Origin: an uncultured Candidatus Poseidoniales archaeon
GTDB taxonomy: Archaea > Thermoplasmatota > Poseidoniia > Poseidoniales > Poseidoniaceae
NCBI GenBank assembly: GCA_963968885.1
Contig: CAXAGT010000001.1
Coordinates: forward strand, 5,861-69,860
Direction of reading: 5' to 3'
Length of the DNA: 64,000 nt
Part shown: positions 9,135 through 18,473 of the stretch, one piece after another
Layout of the letters: each line of letters opens with the position of its first letter
Position numbering within the stretch: the first letter of the stretch is position 1
Notes under the pieces: model-generated
The model's input: the letters and a program-made list of their open reading frames with translations, nothing else
Told to the model about the DNA's origin: nothing
Databases searched by the model: none
Translations under genes and position numbers: made by a program

Positions 9135-9799
9135 CGTTTTTTCTTTCTATTCTTTCTTGCTTCTTGCTCGATTCTTTTCTTAGTGGCGGCCCATGAACAA
9201 ATTGGGCATGTTGCCAAATCATGCCAACGTGCCGGACAATACTCTCTGCCAAAGAATATTATTTGCAGATGTAATTTATTCCATGTGTTCTTAGGGAATA
9301 CTGCCTTGAGATCTTTTTCTGTTTTCTCTACCGTAGTTCCATTGCTTAGGCCCCACCTTGCTGCAAGCCTGTGAATATGAGTGTCAATTGGGAATGCCGG
9401 TACGCCAAAGGCTTGTGAAATCACAACACCTGCTGTTTTATGCCCCACGCCAGGTAATGACTCCAAACCTTCCATGGTATCAGGAATTTCCCCATCATAT
9501 GATTCAACTAAGATCTCACTTAATCTCTTGATATTTTTTGCCTTGGTCGGAGCAAGTCCAACTTCTCTTATCATTTCTCGAATCTCTTCAACTGATAATG
9601 TTGACATTTGTCTAGCATCGGGTCCTTTTGTGAACAATTGAGGAGTGACTTGGTTTACTTTCAAGTCAGTTGTTTGTGCACTCATCAGTACCGCTATCAG
9701 TAGTTGGAATGGAGTTTCATGGTCGAGAGGTGTAGGTGTTTCAGGATACAATTCTTCCAGCATATGCAGTATCTTCTCCGCCTTAGCTGATCGCTTCAT
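9131..9799 (-). CDS. nth: Endonuclease III (HhH-GPD glycosylase/AP lyase)
   Basis: LLIAVLMSAQTTD, HhH LPGVGHKTA, PIDTHIHR, C-terminal Cys cluster. Confidence 0.95.
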   Translation of the reverse strand: MKRSAKAEKILHMLEELYPETPTPLDHETPFQLLIAVLMSAQTTDLKVNQVTPQLFTKGPDARQMSTLSVEEIREMIREVGLAPTKAKNIKRLSEILVESYDGEIPDTMEGLESLPGVGHKTAGVVISQAFGVPAFPIDTHIHRLAARWGLSNGTTVEKTEKDLKAVFPKNTWNKLHLQIIFFGREYCPARWHDLATCPICSWAATKKRIEQEARKNRKKKR

Positions 9800-9808
9800 T
9801 CCAAATCC

Positions 9809-10048
9809 TCACGATTGCATCGCATATTCTTCCCCAGTTTTCCATCCGAAGAATACACCCAGTAAAACACTAGAAATTGGAATGAAATTACAAGCAAAAA
9901 TAGTTGTCAAACTGAAGTTGTCTTCTGGTCTGCCAACTAATATCCACACGAGTAAACCCAAAAATAATCCAGGAATTAACATTACAAATCCAAAACTCAA
10001 AGCCCTTGTCATTCTCATTTTATCACCATCATTTCGCAAGTGTTTCAA
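9809..10048 (-). CDS. Small two-TM hypothetical protein
   Basis: Fills the gap between polX and nth in the same orientation and has two hydrophobic helices. The exact start is uncertain. Confidence 0.6.
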   Translation of the reverse strand: MKHLRNDGDKMRMTRALSFGFVMLIPGLFLGLLVWILVGRPEDNFSLTTIFACNFIPISSVLLGVFFGWKTGEEYAMQS

Positions 10049-11969
10049 AAATTTCTTTATGAGTTAATGAATTCAAGACGTCCGATGATTCAAGCCACCC
10101 TTTCCTAGCATTCATCACTCCAAATCTTATGTCATTGAGTCCTGAAATTGAGTGAGCATCGGGATTAATAATCACCGGGACTCCCAAATCTTTCGCCCTC
10201 TTACAAAACTTCCAATCCAAGTCAAGTCTGTAAGGGCTTGCATTCAATTCTACTGCTTTCAATTTTCCATTCTCATTGTAATCTGACATGTGCTCTAAAA
10301 CAGCCTGAAGGTCGATTTCGTATCCATCTCTTCCTTGGAGTATGCGACCTGTGGGGTGACCTAGAATTGTCGTTGAGGGATGGTCGATTACTTTGCACAT
10401 TTCCTCGGTATTTTCGAATTCACTTCTCGCTCTCCATTTTGTCATGGCATGTACACTCGCTACAACATAGTCTAACTTCTCAAGTACTTCATCTGGGTGA
10501 TCTAATTTACCTCCTGCAAGAATATCTGATTCAACACCGTGAATTAGTCTAAAATCAACGCCCTGATCTTCCCATTCCGAATTGTAACGCTTAATTTTTG
10601 CTCCCTGTTCCAGCAAGTCATCTGCTGAAGCACCATTTGCAATTTTCAAAGTGGGCGAATGGTCGGCAATTCCAAGCCATTCCCAACCCATCTCTCTAGC
10701 TGCATGAGCCATTTCTTCCAAACTTGCTTCGCCATCTGAAAGTCTTGTGTGGTTGTGAAGGCTTCCTTTGATTTGATTTAGAGTGATTAAATTCGGTAGG
10801 GAAGATGTTTGGGCAGCGGAAATTTCACCTAAATCCTCTCTCAGTTCTGGTTCAACATAGTCCATGTCCAAATGCTTGTAAATATCAGATTCTTCTAAAG
10901 CAGGCAGAGAAAACTTGGCAGCGGCTTCTCCTTTCAGGTCTCCGATTTTATCGTGAGGTGACAACCCCCATTCGCTTAATGTAAGTCCCTTTTCAATTGC
11001 TTTTTGCCTCATTACAATGTTATGTTCCTTTGAACCTGTGAAGTATGCGAGCGTAAATGGTTCAATATGGGGTTCGACAATTCTAATCTGAGCATCTATT
11101 GTTCCACCGCTTTCAAGTTGTTCATACTCTGCTCCACCAATGGCTTCGAGAACATTTTTATCGATATGACCAACAGTGAATTCTTCCATGAATAGCGAGG
11201 TGTCTAGAATCAAACTTATCTTTGAATCTCCTGCTCCTTTAACGTCTGCTATGCCAGGTAGGGATAGCACATCATTACTGATTTGTGCATGATGTTTAGA
11301 TTCAGCAGAAACAACGATATCCAAGTCACCAATTGTTGACTTTCTTCTCCTTGCCGAACCTGCCAAAGTTGCTCTTTTGACATTTTCAATCCCAGAGATA
11401 CGACTTTCAAAAGCAAGACCATACATTAATCCAATATCGAGTCTTCTCCTTGATCTAAATCTGGCAAGTAATTCGATTCCATCCAGTATCTTCTGTTGTG
11501 ACTTAGCTCCAAACCCACTGAGCGGTGCGATTTTTCCATCCTCTGCAACTTCCTTCAGTTCAGTGATACTCTCCACACCAAATTCCTGATTTAATCGCTG
11601 AATTTTCTTAGGCCCCATACCGGGTATGCCCAACATTTCGATTAGCCCTGGGGCTGTATCTTCATGGAGTCTAACCCAATCATCTGGCCATGATCCTGTT
11701 GACATTGCTTCTGAGATAGCGTTTGCAAGACCTTTACCGATTCCTTTGATATTGATTAGTTCTTTAGTTTGCACAAGTTCCCAGAGATCTTGATTCATTG
11801 TACCAAGTGTTCTACTTCCATTTTGATATGAACGAATTCTGAATACGTTTGCTCCGTCCAATTCGAGAAGAACTCCGACTTGGTGCAATACCTTCGAAAC
11901 TTGATTTCTTGAGAAGTATGGCGCAGCATCTCCCCTTGGCTTGGGTAATGTGAAATTGGATTGCGCCAT
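10029..11969 (-). CDS. polX: Family X DNA polymerase-PHP exonuclease fusion (PolX)
   Basis: 8-kDa domain FRIRSY, HhH IPGMGPKK, GSARRRKSTIGDLDIV, YFTGSKEHN, EPELRED. PHP motifs LHNHT..SDG, ADHS, GVESD, SVH, GHPTGR, NPDAH. Confidence 0.95.
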   Translation of the reverse strand: MAQSNFTLPKPRGDAAPYFSRNQVSKVLHQVGVLLELDGANVFRIRSYQNGSRTLGTMNQDLWELVQTKELINIKGIGKGLANAISEAMSTGSWPDDWVRLHEDTAPGLIEMLGIPGMGPKKIQRLNQEFGVESITELKEVAEDGKIAPLSGFGAKSQQKILDGIELLARFRSRRRLDIGLMYGLAFESRISGIENVKRATLAGSARRRKSTIGDLDIVVSAESKHHAQISNDVLSLPGIADVKGAGDSKISLILDTSLFMEEFTVGHIDKNVLEAIGGAEYEQLESGGTIDAQIRIVEPHIEPFTLAYFTGSKEHNIVMRQKAIEKGLTLSEWGLSPHDKIGDLKGEAAAKFSLPALEESDIYKHLDMDYVEPELREDLGEISAAQTSSLPNLITLNQIKGSLHNHTRLSDGEASLEEMAHAAREMGWEWLGIADHSPTLKIANGASADDLLEQGAKIKRYNSEWEDQGVDFRLIHGVESDILAGGKLDHPDEVLEKLDYVVASVHAMTKWRARSEFENTEEMCKVIDHPSTTILGHPTGRILQGRDGYEIDLQAVLEHMSDYNENGKLKAVELNASPYRLDLDWKFCKRAKDLGVPVIINPDAHSISGLNDIRFGVMNARKGWLESSDVLNSLTHKEIFETLAK

Positions 11970-12059
11970 GGTATCAGCAGTGGTTTTCAGTAGTTAAGGC
12001 TTGATTAACAAAAACTAAGCAAAGGTTTCCTTTGTTAAGGTGGACCTTTTGGTAAATAC

Positions 12060-12386
12060 ATGGCAGTTGCCGAGTTCATGGTAAATTTGACCGAAATCTT
12101 ATGCGGTACCAGTGCGATTTTGTTTACCTTCATTGCTACATTTTCTCGTTCGGAGAGACTTGAATTGACAATGCAAAATATACTATTTTTCCTGCTCATC
12201 GCTAGCGCAGCTAGTCTGTGGGGCGTTTCCTTAACCGGTGGGACGATATGGGGTGATGATTATATTGCTAGACCTCTTTCTTTGATTTGTATTGTCTTGG
12301 CTATCTCTGCCAGGCTAAACATCAAGGGCAAGAATGTCTCATTTGGAGCCAATCCTCATTCTATCGGAAGAAATGAAGAAGAATAA
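12060..12386 (+). CDS. Three-TM hypothetical protein
   Basis: ATG-started ORF with three hydrophobic segments, divergent from polX. Confidence 0.7.
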   Translation: MAVAEFMVNLTEILCGTSAILFTFIATFSRSERLELTMQNILFFLLIASAASLWGVSLTGGTIWGDDYIARPLSLICIVLAISARLNIKGKNVSFGANPHSIGRNEEE

Positions 12387-12430
12387 CTAAAACTGAATTA
12401 CATCATAAATTGCACAAGGAAGAGGTTGAC

Positions 12431-13618
12431 ATGGGTAGAGTAGTTGCAAGTGCCCCTGGTAAATGTATTCTATTCGGCGAACATGCTGTGGTGTACGGGC
12501 AGCCTGCTGTGGCTGTGGCAATCGAGCAAAGGATGAATGTTGAGATTTCAACAGAGGACGAAATTTCGGAGTGGAAACTAGATGGAAAAGAGTTTGATGG
12601 TTCAAAACATCCCCATGTCCAAGCGCTTAGAGACCGAATGTGGCCTAAGTCCTTGGGTGCCTCTGCACTTTCAATAAAAATTCATGGAGATATACCTGCT
12701 GCAAGCGGTTTAGGTTCATCTGCAGCCCTCTCAGTTGCTGCTTGTGGAGCACTCAGAGCAGCAAGAGGTAGATGGATCAGGAAAAACGGTGATTTTACAG
12801 ATCCAAATGATTGGGCAGAGGGTTATCACTCGTTAATTGAGGATACTAATTCATATGCTAACTGTGAAAATATTCGAGACAGCGGTAGAAGAATTGGGCA
12901 GAATGGTTTAGGTCACCTGCATATATTCGGTCAGGATTCTGTTGACATAGAGGAGTGCTCCATCGTAGGTCATTCGATAGAAGCGGTTGCTCAAGGTGGA
13001 AGAGCTAGTCCAATGGATGCTACGACGTGTGCTTATGGTGGAATAATACTTCTCTCTGATAAACTAGAGCCTGGAGTTGACTGGAATGGTTCTAGGAGCC
13101 TTACGACACCAAATGGAAAAGTCTCATGGGAGATTCATTCTGTTAGTGCTAAAAGTCCCGATGACTTATTTCTAGTGATAGGACATACTGGTGATTATTC
13201 ATCTACTGCTCAACAAGTAAAATTTGTCGCAGATCTTTTGGAAAAAGACCCTAAGAGGATGAAAGAAATTGAAGCGATTGGACATGTGGCTAGGAGAGGA
13301 GTTGACGCTTTGCTGAAAGGAGATTACATCGCAGTAGGTCATGCAATGAAAGAAAATCAGGTACTCTTGTCATTACTTGGAGTTTCTTCGGAAAAATTGG
13401 ATAGTTTAGTAGAGGCTGCAAACCCTTCCTCTCTTGGTGCGAAACTGACAGGAGCAGGTGGTGGTGGGTGCATGATAGCATTGACTCGGAATCCAAAAGA
13501 GACCTCTGAAGCGATTGAACTTGCAGGTGGGAGAACTTGGATTTCAAAATTTAACAATCAAGGTTTGACTATTGACACAAAATCGGATTTACCAATATGG
13601 TTTCCACCCGGTAATTAG
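12431..13618 (+). CDS. mvk: Mevalonate kinase (GHMP family)
   Basis: SAPGKCILFGEHAVVYG, IPAASGLGSSAA, ASPMD, AKLTGAGGGGC. SD GAGGT precedes ATG 12431. Confidence 0.9.
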   Translation: MGRVVASAPGKCILFGEHAVVYGQPAVAVAIEQRMNVEISTEDEISEWKLDGKEFDGSKHPHVQALRDRMWPKSLGASALSIKIHGDIPAASGLGSSAALSVAACGALRAARGRWIRKNGDFTDPNDWAEGYHSLIEDTNSYANCENIRDSGRRIGQNGLGHLHIFGQDSVDIEECSIVGHSIEAVAQGGRASPMDATTCAYGGIILLSDKLEPGVDWNGSRSLTTPNGKVSWEIHSVSAKSPDDLFLVIGHTGDYSSTAQQVKFVADLLEKDPKRMKEIEAIGHVARRGVDALLKGDYIAVGHAMKENQVLLSLLGVSSEKLDSLVEAANPSSLGAKLTGAGGGGCMIALTRNPKETSEAIELAGGRTWISKFNNQGLTIDTKSDLPIWFPPGN

Positions 13619-13677
13619 GACAAAATATGTTATAAAATTCCGGTTGCTCTTTTATATACTCGACTTTTTTGGAGCAC

Positions 13678-14295
13678 ATGATGACCACCGATGAAGAGAG
13701 GCTAACAGTCGTAAACGTTGTAGCAAGCACAAGAGTTGCTGAAGAACTTGACCTTCCAGATATTGCAATCCAATTGAATTGTGAATACGAACCAGAACAG
13801 TTCCCTGGAGTTGTTTACAGAGTCACAGAGCCAAAGTTGGCTATATTGATGTTCAGAAGCGGTCGTGCGGTATGTACTGGCGGAAAAGACGAGGATAACA
13901 TCCACACTGGTATCGATAGAATGATCCAGGACCTCAGAGGTGCTGGTATCACAACATGGGACCTGAAAGATGTTGAAATTGAAGTCCAAAACATGGTTGC
14001 AACTTACGCTCTGCACTACCCTGAGGATTATGATGGAAACGACAAATTCACAAACGAGCCACTGGCAGGTCAACCAAGGAAATTAAACCTGAACCACTTG
14101 ACTTTCCACCTTCCATTCGACAAGGTTGAATACGAGCCAGAGCAATTCCCAGGATTGATCTACAGGCTTGACTACCCTAAGGTTGTCTGCTTGATTTTCG
14201 GTTCTGGTAAGATGGTTATTACTGGTGCTAGACACAAAGACGAAATTCTTGAGGCTGTAGAAATAATCAAGGATGAGTTAGCAGACCTTCTGTGA
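13678..14295 (+). CDS. tbp: TATA-box binding protein
   Basis: Two repeats, NVVAS/NMVAT...YEPEQFPG(V/L)(V/I)YR...FRSGRAVCTG and FGSGKMVITG. Confidence 0.97.
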   Translation: MMTTDEERLTVVNVVASTRVAEELDLPDIAIQLNCEYEPEQFPGVVYRVTEPKLAILMFRSGRAVCTGGKDEDNIHTGIDRMIQDLRGAGITTWDLKDVEIEVQNMVATYALHYPEDYDGNDKFTNEPLAGQPRKLNLNHLTFHLPFDKVEYEPEQFPGLIYRLDYPKVVCLIFGSGKMVITGARHKDEILEAVEIIKDELADLL

Positions 14296-14300
14296 ATTAG

Positions 14301-14651
14301 ATGAAAATTTTCCTTGCAAGAGTGCTTACTGCACTACATCTGGGGCTGTTTGTCTTTGGATTGCTTGGCTGGTTACTTCCACACCCAGTTGTGATTTTTC
14401 ATACCATGTTCATGATAGGTCTAAGAATACACTGGAAAGTATACAATGGATGTATATTGACCGATTGGGAAAAATCTCTTCTCGGTAAAGAATCAAATCC
14501 TGATAGGCATTTCACTAGAGACTTACTACTGCGTCTGGGATTCAAAAACATCAGCGTTGAACTGGCTTCAAAGTTGCTTAGAATATTCACTGATTGCCTA
14601 ATATTGTTATCAGTGATTATATCAATTTCAGGATTTTTTGTTTCAATTTGA
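14301..14651 (+). CDS. Small membrane protein (DUF2784-like)
   Basis: TM helices containing His residues and a GCILTDWEKSL motif. Confidence 0.55.
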   Translation: MKIFLARVLTALHLGLFVFGLLGWLLPHPVVIFHTMFMIGLRIHWKVYNGCILTDWEKSLLGKESNPDRHFTRDLLLRLGFKNISVELASKLLRIFTDCLILLSVIISISGFFVSI

Positions 14652-14688
14652 CTATTATAATCAAGTATTGGAACATTCTCGGGTGAGC

Positions 14689-17600
14689 ATGGACAGTAAG
14701 TTGACGTGTGTTTTTCTGGTTTTGGTAATGGGGCTAGCTCCGATTATCGGATTAGTTGAAAATACGAGCGAATTGGATAATTTATCGATTAGCAGATCAG
14801 GCTCAGCCGATGGCTCAGTTGATATTTCATCCTGGAGAATCGGAGACACTTGGGTTTATGAAACCGAATTTGATGTAGCACAACTGATTGCTCAAGCAGA
14901 AGTTTCAGCGTCTCTAAACACATTGACTGGTGACACAGATGTTGAGGTGGTAGACATTTACTTCATCGATATAAATGGGACAACTACACTAGTCTATGAA
15001 ATGGAATACGATGGAGACTTCTCTTCAGGAAATAGCGGGGCAACCCTTGAAGGGGTAAGTGGTAGGTTAGAAATCTCTTATGACGGTACTGATGTAATAA
15101 GAGTAAGAGACAATGCAGTCGTATCATCTGAGTTCTCCTTGGGGGTGGATTTTTATCCATTTAATATCGGATTTTTGAGACAAGACATTGCAGATTTAAC
15201 CTTCAACACAACTTATGATTCTCCAAAAGAGCATAGAGATTTCCCTATGAGATATGGTGATCAGTGGTACAAAAACTACGAAGCTGCAACGACTGTTAGC
15301 GGAAGTTCAGATTTTTTCGACCCATCACTCTTCGACACGACAGAGCAAGAAAACACGTCTTGGCAAATTACCAAGGAAGGTGTTCCAACAGAGAATGGGG
15401 TCTCTCCTGCCTATTCAGGATGTGACGATTCCTACAAGCTGATGCAGTATAACGCTACAGGAGTAAATACTGGATTTGAGTGGTATTGTCCTGCTGTTAG
15501 AAATTATGCGTGGCTGAAGGTCATTAACTCTGCAGGATTTGAAATTGATTGGCTATTGAAGAGGTATAATCCCAGCGACTCTTTTGGAGTTGATGCTGGA
15601 TCAAATCCTGGACAAAGAAATGTAGTAATTGACGTTGACTTACAATATCTTGCAGTTCTTCCAAACTCAGAAGAATATGTTAACGCAACATATGAGACTG
15701 CGCAAGGACAAGCTCAAACCAACAAAAACTTACAATTGAGGTACGAATCTGCTCAAACTATTGTCAGCCCAACTACAAATTCATTTGGAGAAACATCAAC
15801 TTTGTTGAATGTTTCAGATGAATTAGACAATTCTCCGTCCAGTGATGACCACACTAGTAACGGAGTAATTGTTTGGGACCCGCAGCAGAACATTATCGGA
15901 GTTGCTACTATTTGGATGGACCTTTCCTTAGTGGCTGTTGATTTAGTTGCTCAAACCGAATCTGTAATAGTCGAGAGAACAAGAGATAACCAAACATTAA
16001 CTTTGACACAATCTATTGGATTTAACGCTCTTCCAGGAGATGTTTTGTCTTTCTCTTTACCTGCACAAAATAGAGGATTGCTTTCATCTGTAGCAACAGA
16101 AATTGAAGTTTTAACGCCTGATGGTGTTACAACACGCCAACTGATCTCTTCGGTTGGACCATATTCGGAGCAGAGAGCAATAGTTGATTGGACAGTCCCT
16201 GAAGGCTCTCAAATTGGAACACAAACAGTTCAATTCAGTGTTGACCCAGATGGCTATGAAAGTAGAGATGCCAACCTTTCAAACAACGTCGGACAGTTTG
16301 AAATATTTATTGGTAGAGCGCCAACTGGAATATTTAGTCCTCCTTCCGGATTCTATACATTTGAAAATGTGACATTAGATGCGAGTTCTTCTTTTGATGA
16401 AGATGGAGGAGATGTGTCCTGTCTTTATGAAATTGAATCAAGACCTGGTTTAATCGATAGATTCGACGTTGAGGATTGCTCAACAAGTTGGAATTGGAGT
16501 AATGGTGGAGAATGGACTATTACTATCACAGTAACAGACGATGAGCTTGACACATTCGTAATCATGGAAATGATAACAATTCTAAACAGAGCACCATACG
16601 CAAATTTAACGCATCCTGAATCTGTTTTGGTTGAATCACCAATAACTGTTGATGCAAGTGATTCTGGCGACGTTGATACTGTGTCACCTCTTGGACAAGA
16701 TGTAATTGTATCATGGCCTGGGTTGACCTGCCAAGAAGGAACTACGCAAGACACGTGTACATTCATTCCAACCGAAGAGGGAGAAACTGTTGTAACAGCA
16801 AAAGTTACGGACGACGATGGTGAATCAATTTATGTTAATTCAACATTCATGGTACTCAACAAGGACCCTACAGTCTCTGCTGTTTCGGTGGTAGTCAACG
16901 GTATTCCAATCGATGTTACATCTCAGGTAGTCAATGTCGAAGAAGACCAAGAAGTAACTCTAGTTGCTCAAGCCATAGATTCTCTAAATGATTTGGATGA
17001 CATAGTTGTCGAATGGACTCCGTCAGATAGAGATTCAAATTGGACTGAATCTACCATAGGAGCCGATTCGTCAGTTCAAGTTTCATGGTCAGAACCTGGC
17101 CAACACATAATGTCAGTCAGAGCATATGATGACGATGGTTCATCCTCGGAATCAACAACTGCCGTTGTCAATGTACTGAATGTTGAGCCTGAAATTTCAG
17201 GTTTAATGGGAGATAGAGCAATTTTTGAAGATGAGATGGTTAACCTCTCTGTAAGTGTAAGCGATACACCTTCAGATATTGATGATCTAGTTGTTTGCTG
17301 GGACCTAAACACGGCACTTGATTCCGATGCTAACGGCTTTTCAGATGACGATTGTGATCGAACTGGTTTATTCACAGAAGTTGTTTGGACTACTTCAGGA
17401 ATAAGAAATGTAAGAGCATGGGTTACTGATGATAACGGAGCTTTTGCTGAAATGTTCACTAATTTGAGTGTTGTAAATGCAAGACCAACAGCAGATATTT
17501 CCAATATCTCAGACATCACCGTAATCTATGAAGGGGATTCAATCAACTTGACCGCTATCGGTTCCTCTGATACCCCTGGAGACAGAGCGACTTTGATTTA

Positions 17601-18462
17601 TTCATGGGATGCATCTTCTATCCCTGGAGGTCCAGATGCTACGAGTGAAGTATTCGAAATAACCAATCTTCCATTGGGAACAGTCTATGTTAATCTTACA
17701 GTAATCGATGATGATGGTGAAACTAATATCGATAGTTTTACTTTCGAGGTTATTGAGAGACCTAGCACAGGTCTAATATCGACTCTAGAGGACAATCTCG
17801 GTTCCAAGGGTGCTGCTTACGCAGTTATCGTATTGGTGCCTTTAGTATTCATATTAGGTTCAGTTCTAGTTCTTTCTAGAAGAAAATCTGATGATGAATT
17901 GCCAGTCCTAGAATCCTTCTTGCCACCTGATGGAATGCCATTAGGCGCCCCTCCTGCTCCGTTAAAGGAGACTCCTGCAATTCCTGTACCTGATTATTCA
18001 GCTCAGCCAGAAGGATATGTCCAAGACCAATCAGTTTCAGCATTTGCCCAAACAAATTATCAGACTCAAAGTCAAACTGATTTCTATCAACAAGCACCCA
18101 CGCTTCAACCAGAGCCAGCTCCACCAGCAGGGCCACCGCTACCAACAACTGGTCTACCTGATGGTTGGACAATGGAGCAGTGGAATCATTACGGTCAGCA
18201 ATGGTTAGACGCTAATCCACAATTAGTTCAACAGCCAACCAGCCAGCCGTCTGATCCATTTGCTGCTTTACAGCCAAATCCTTCGCCAGATGTTGCAGTT
18301 TCCGCGCAACCTGTTGATTCATACGCTGCTCAGCCGGCAACTGATGCAAACCAATTCGGAGTATCCCAAACACCGAATGAATTTGCTGCCCCTAGCTTGA
18401 ACCAGCAACCAGTTAATCAAGACAATAATTTCTCGGATTTATTGGATGGACTAGATATCTGA
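14689..18462 (+). CDS. Large single-pass cell-surface protein with CARDB and multiple PKD/Ig-like domains and a Pro/Gln-rich cytoplasmic tail
   Basis: Signal-like N-terminus from ATG 14689, CARDB-like VDPDG..ESRDANLSNN, and repeated LDAS.S.D / VTDDDG PKD motifs. TM helix at about 17812-17880 followed by RRK, then a low-complexity tail. Confidence 0.85.
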   Translation: MDSKLTCVFLVLVMGLAPIIGLVENTSELDNLSISRSGSADGSVDISSWRIGDTWVYETEFDVAQLIAQAEVSASLNTLTGDTDVEVVDIYFIDINGTTTLVYEMEYDGDFSSGNSGATLEGVSGRLEISYDGTDVIRVRDNAVVSSEFSLGVDFYPFNIGFLRQDIADLTFNTTYDSPKEHRDFPMRYGDQWYKNYEAATTVSGSSDFFDPSLFDTTEQENTSWQITKEGVPTENGVSPAYSGCDDSYKLMQYNATGVNTGFEWYCPAVRNYAWLKVINSAGFEIDWLLKRYNPSDSFGVDAGSNPGQRNVVIDVDLQYLAVLPNSEEYVNATYETAQGQAQTNKNLQLRYESAQTIVSPTTNSFGETSTLLNVSDELDNSPSSDDHTSNGVIVWDPQQNIIGVATIWMDLSLVAVDLVAQTESVIVERTRDNQTLTLTQSIGFNALPGDVLSFSLPAQNRGLLSSVATEIEVLTPDGVTTRQLISSVGPYSEQRAIVDWTVPEGSQIGTQTVQFSVDPDGYESRDANLSNNVGQFEIFIGRAPTGIFSPPSGFYTFENVTLDASSSFDEDGGDVSCLYEIESRPGLIDRFDVEDCSTSWNWSNGGEWTITITVTDDELDTFVIMEMITILNRAPYANLTHPESVLVESPITVDASDSGDVDTVSPLGQDVIVSWPGLTCQEGTTQDTCTFIPTEEGETVVTAKVTDDDGESIYVNSTFMVLNKDPTVSAVSVVVNGIPIDVTSQVVNVEEDQEVTLVAQAIDSLNDLDDIVVEWTPSDRDSNWTESTIGADSSVQVSWSEPGQHIMSVRAYDDDGSSSESTTAVVNVLNVEPEISGLMGDRAIFEDEMVNLSVSVSDTPSDIDDLVVCWDLNTALDSDANGFSDDDCDRTGLFTEVVWTTSGIRNVRAWVTDDNGAFAEMFTNLSVVNARPTADISNISDITVIYEGDSINLTAIGSSDTPGDRATLIYSWDASSIPGGPDATSEVFEITNLPLGTVYVNLTVIDDDGETNIDSFTFEVIERPSTGLISTLEDNLGSKGAAYAVIVLVPLVFILGSVLVLSRRKSDDELPVLESFLPPDGMPLGAPPAPLKETPAIPVPDYSAQPEGYVQDQSVSAFAQTNYQTQSQTDFYQQAPTLQPEPAPPAGPPLPTTGLPDGWTMEQWNHYGQQWLDANPQLVQQPTSQPSDPFAALQPNPSPDVAVSAQPVDSYAAQPATDANQFGVSQTPNEFAAPSLNQQPVNQDNNFSDLLDGLDI

Positions 18463-18473
18463 GGTGATTTTTT

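Noticed and set aside
12020..12034. CAAAGG-TTT-CCTTTG inverted repeat in the polX divergent promoter region
   Set aside because: Only 6 bp, which is expected by chance in 64 kb, and no second copy was noticed.
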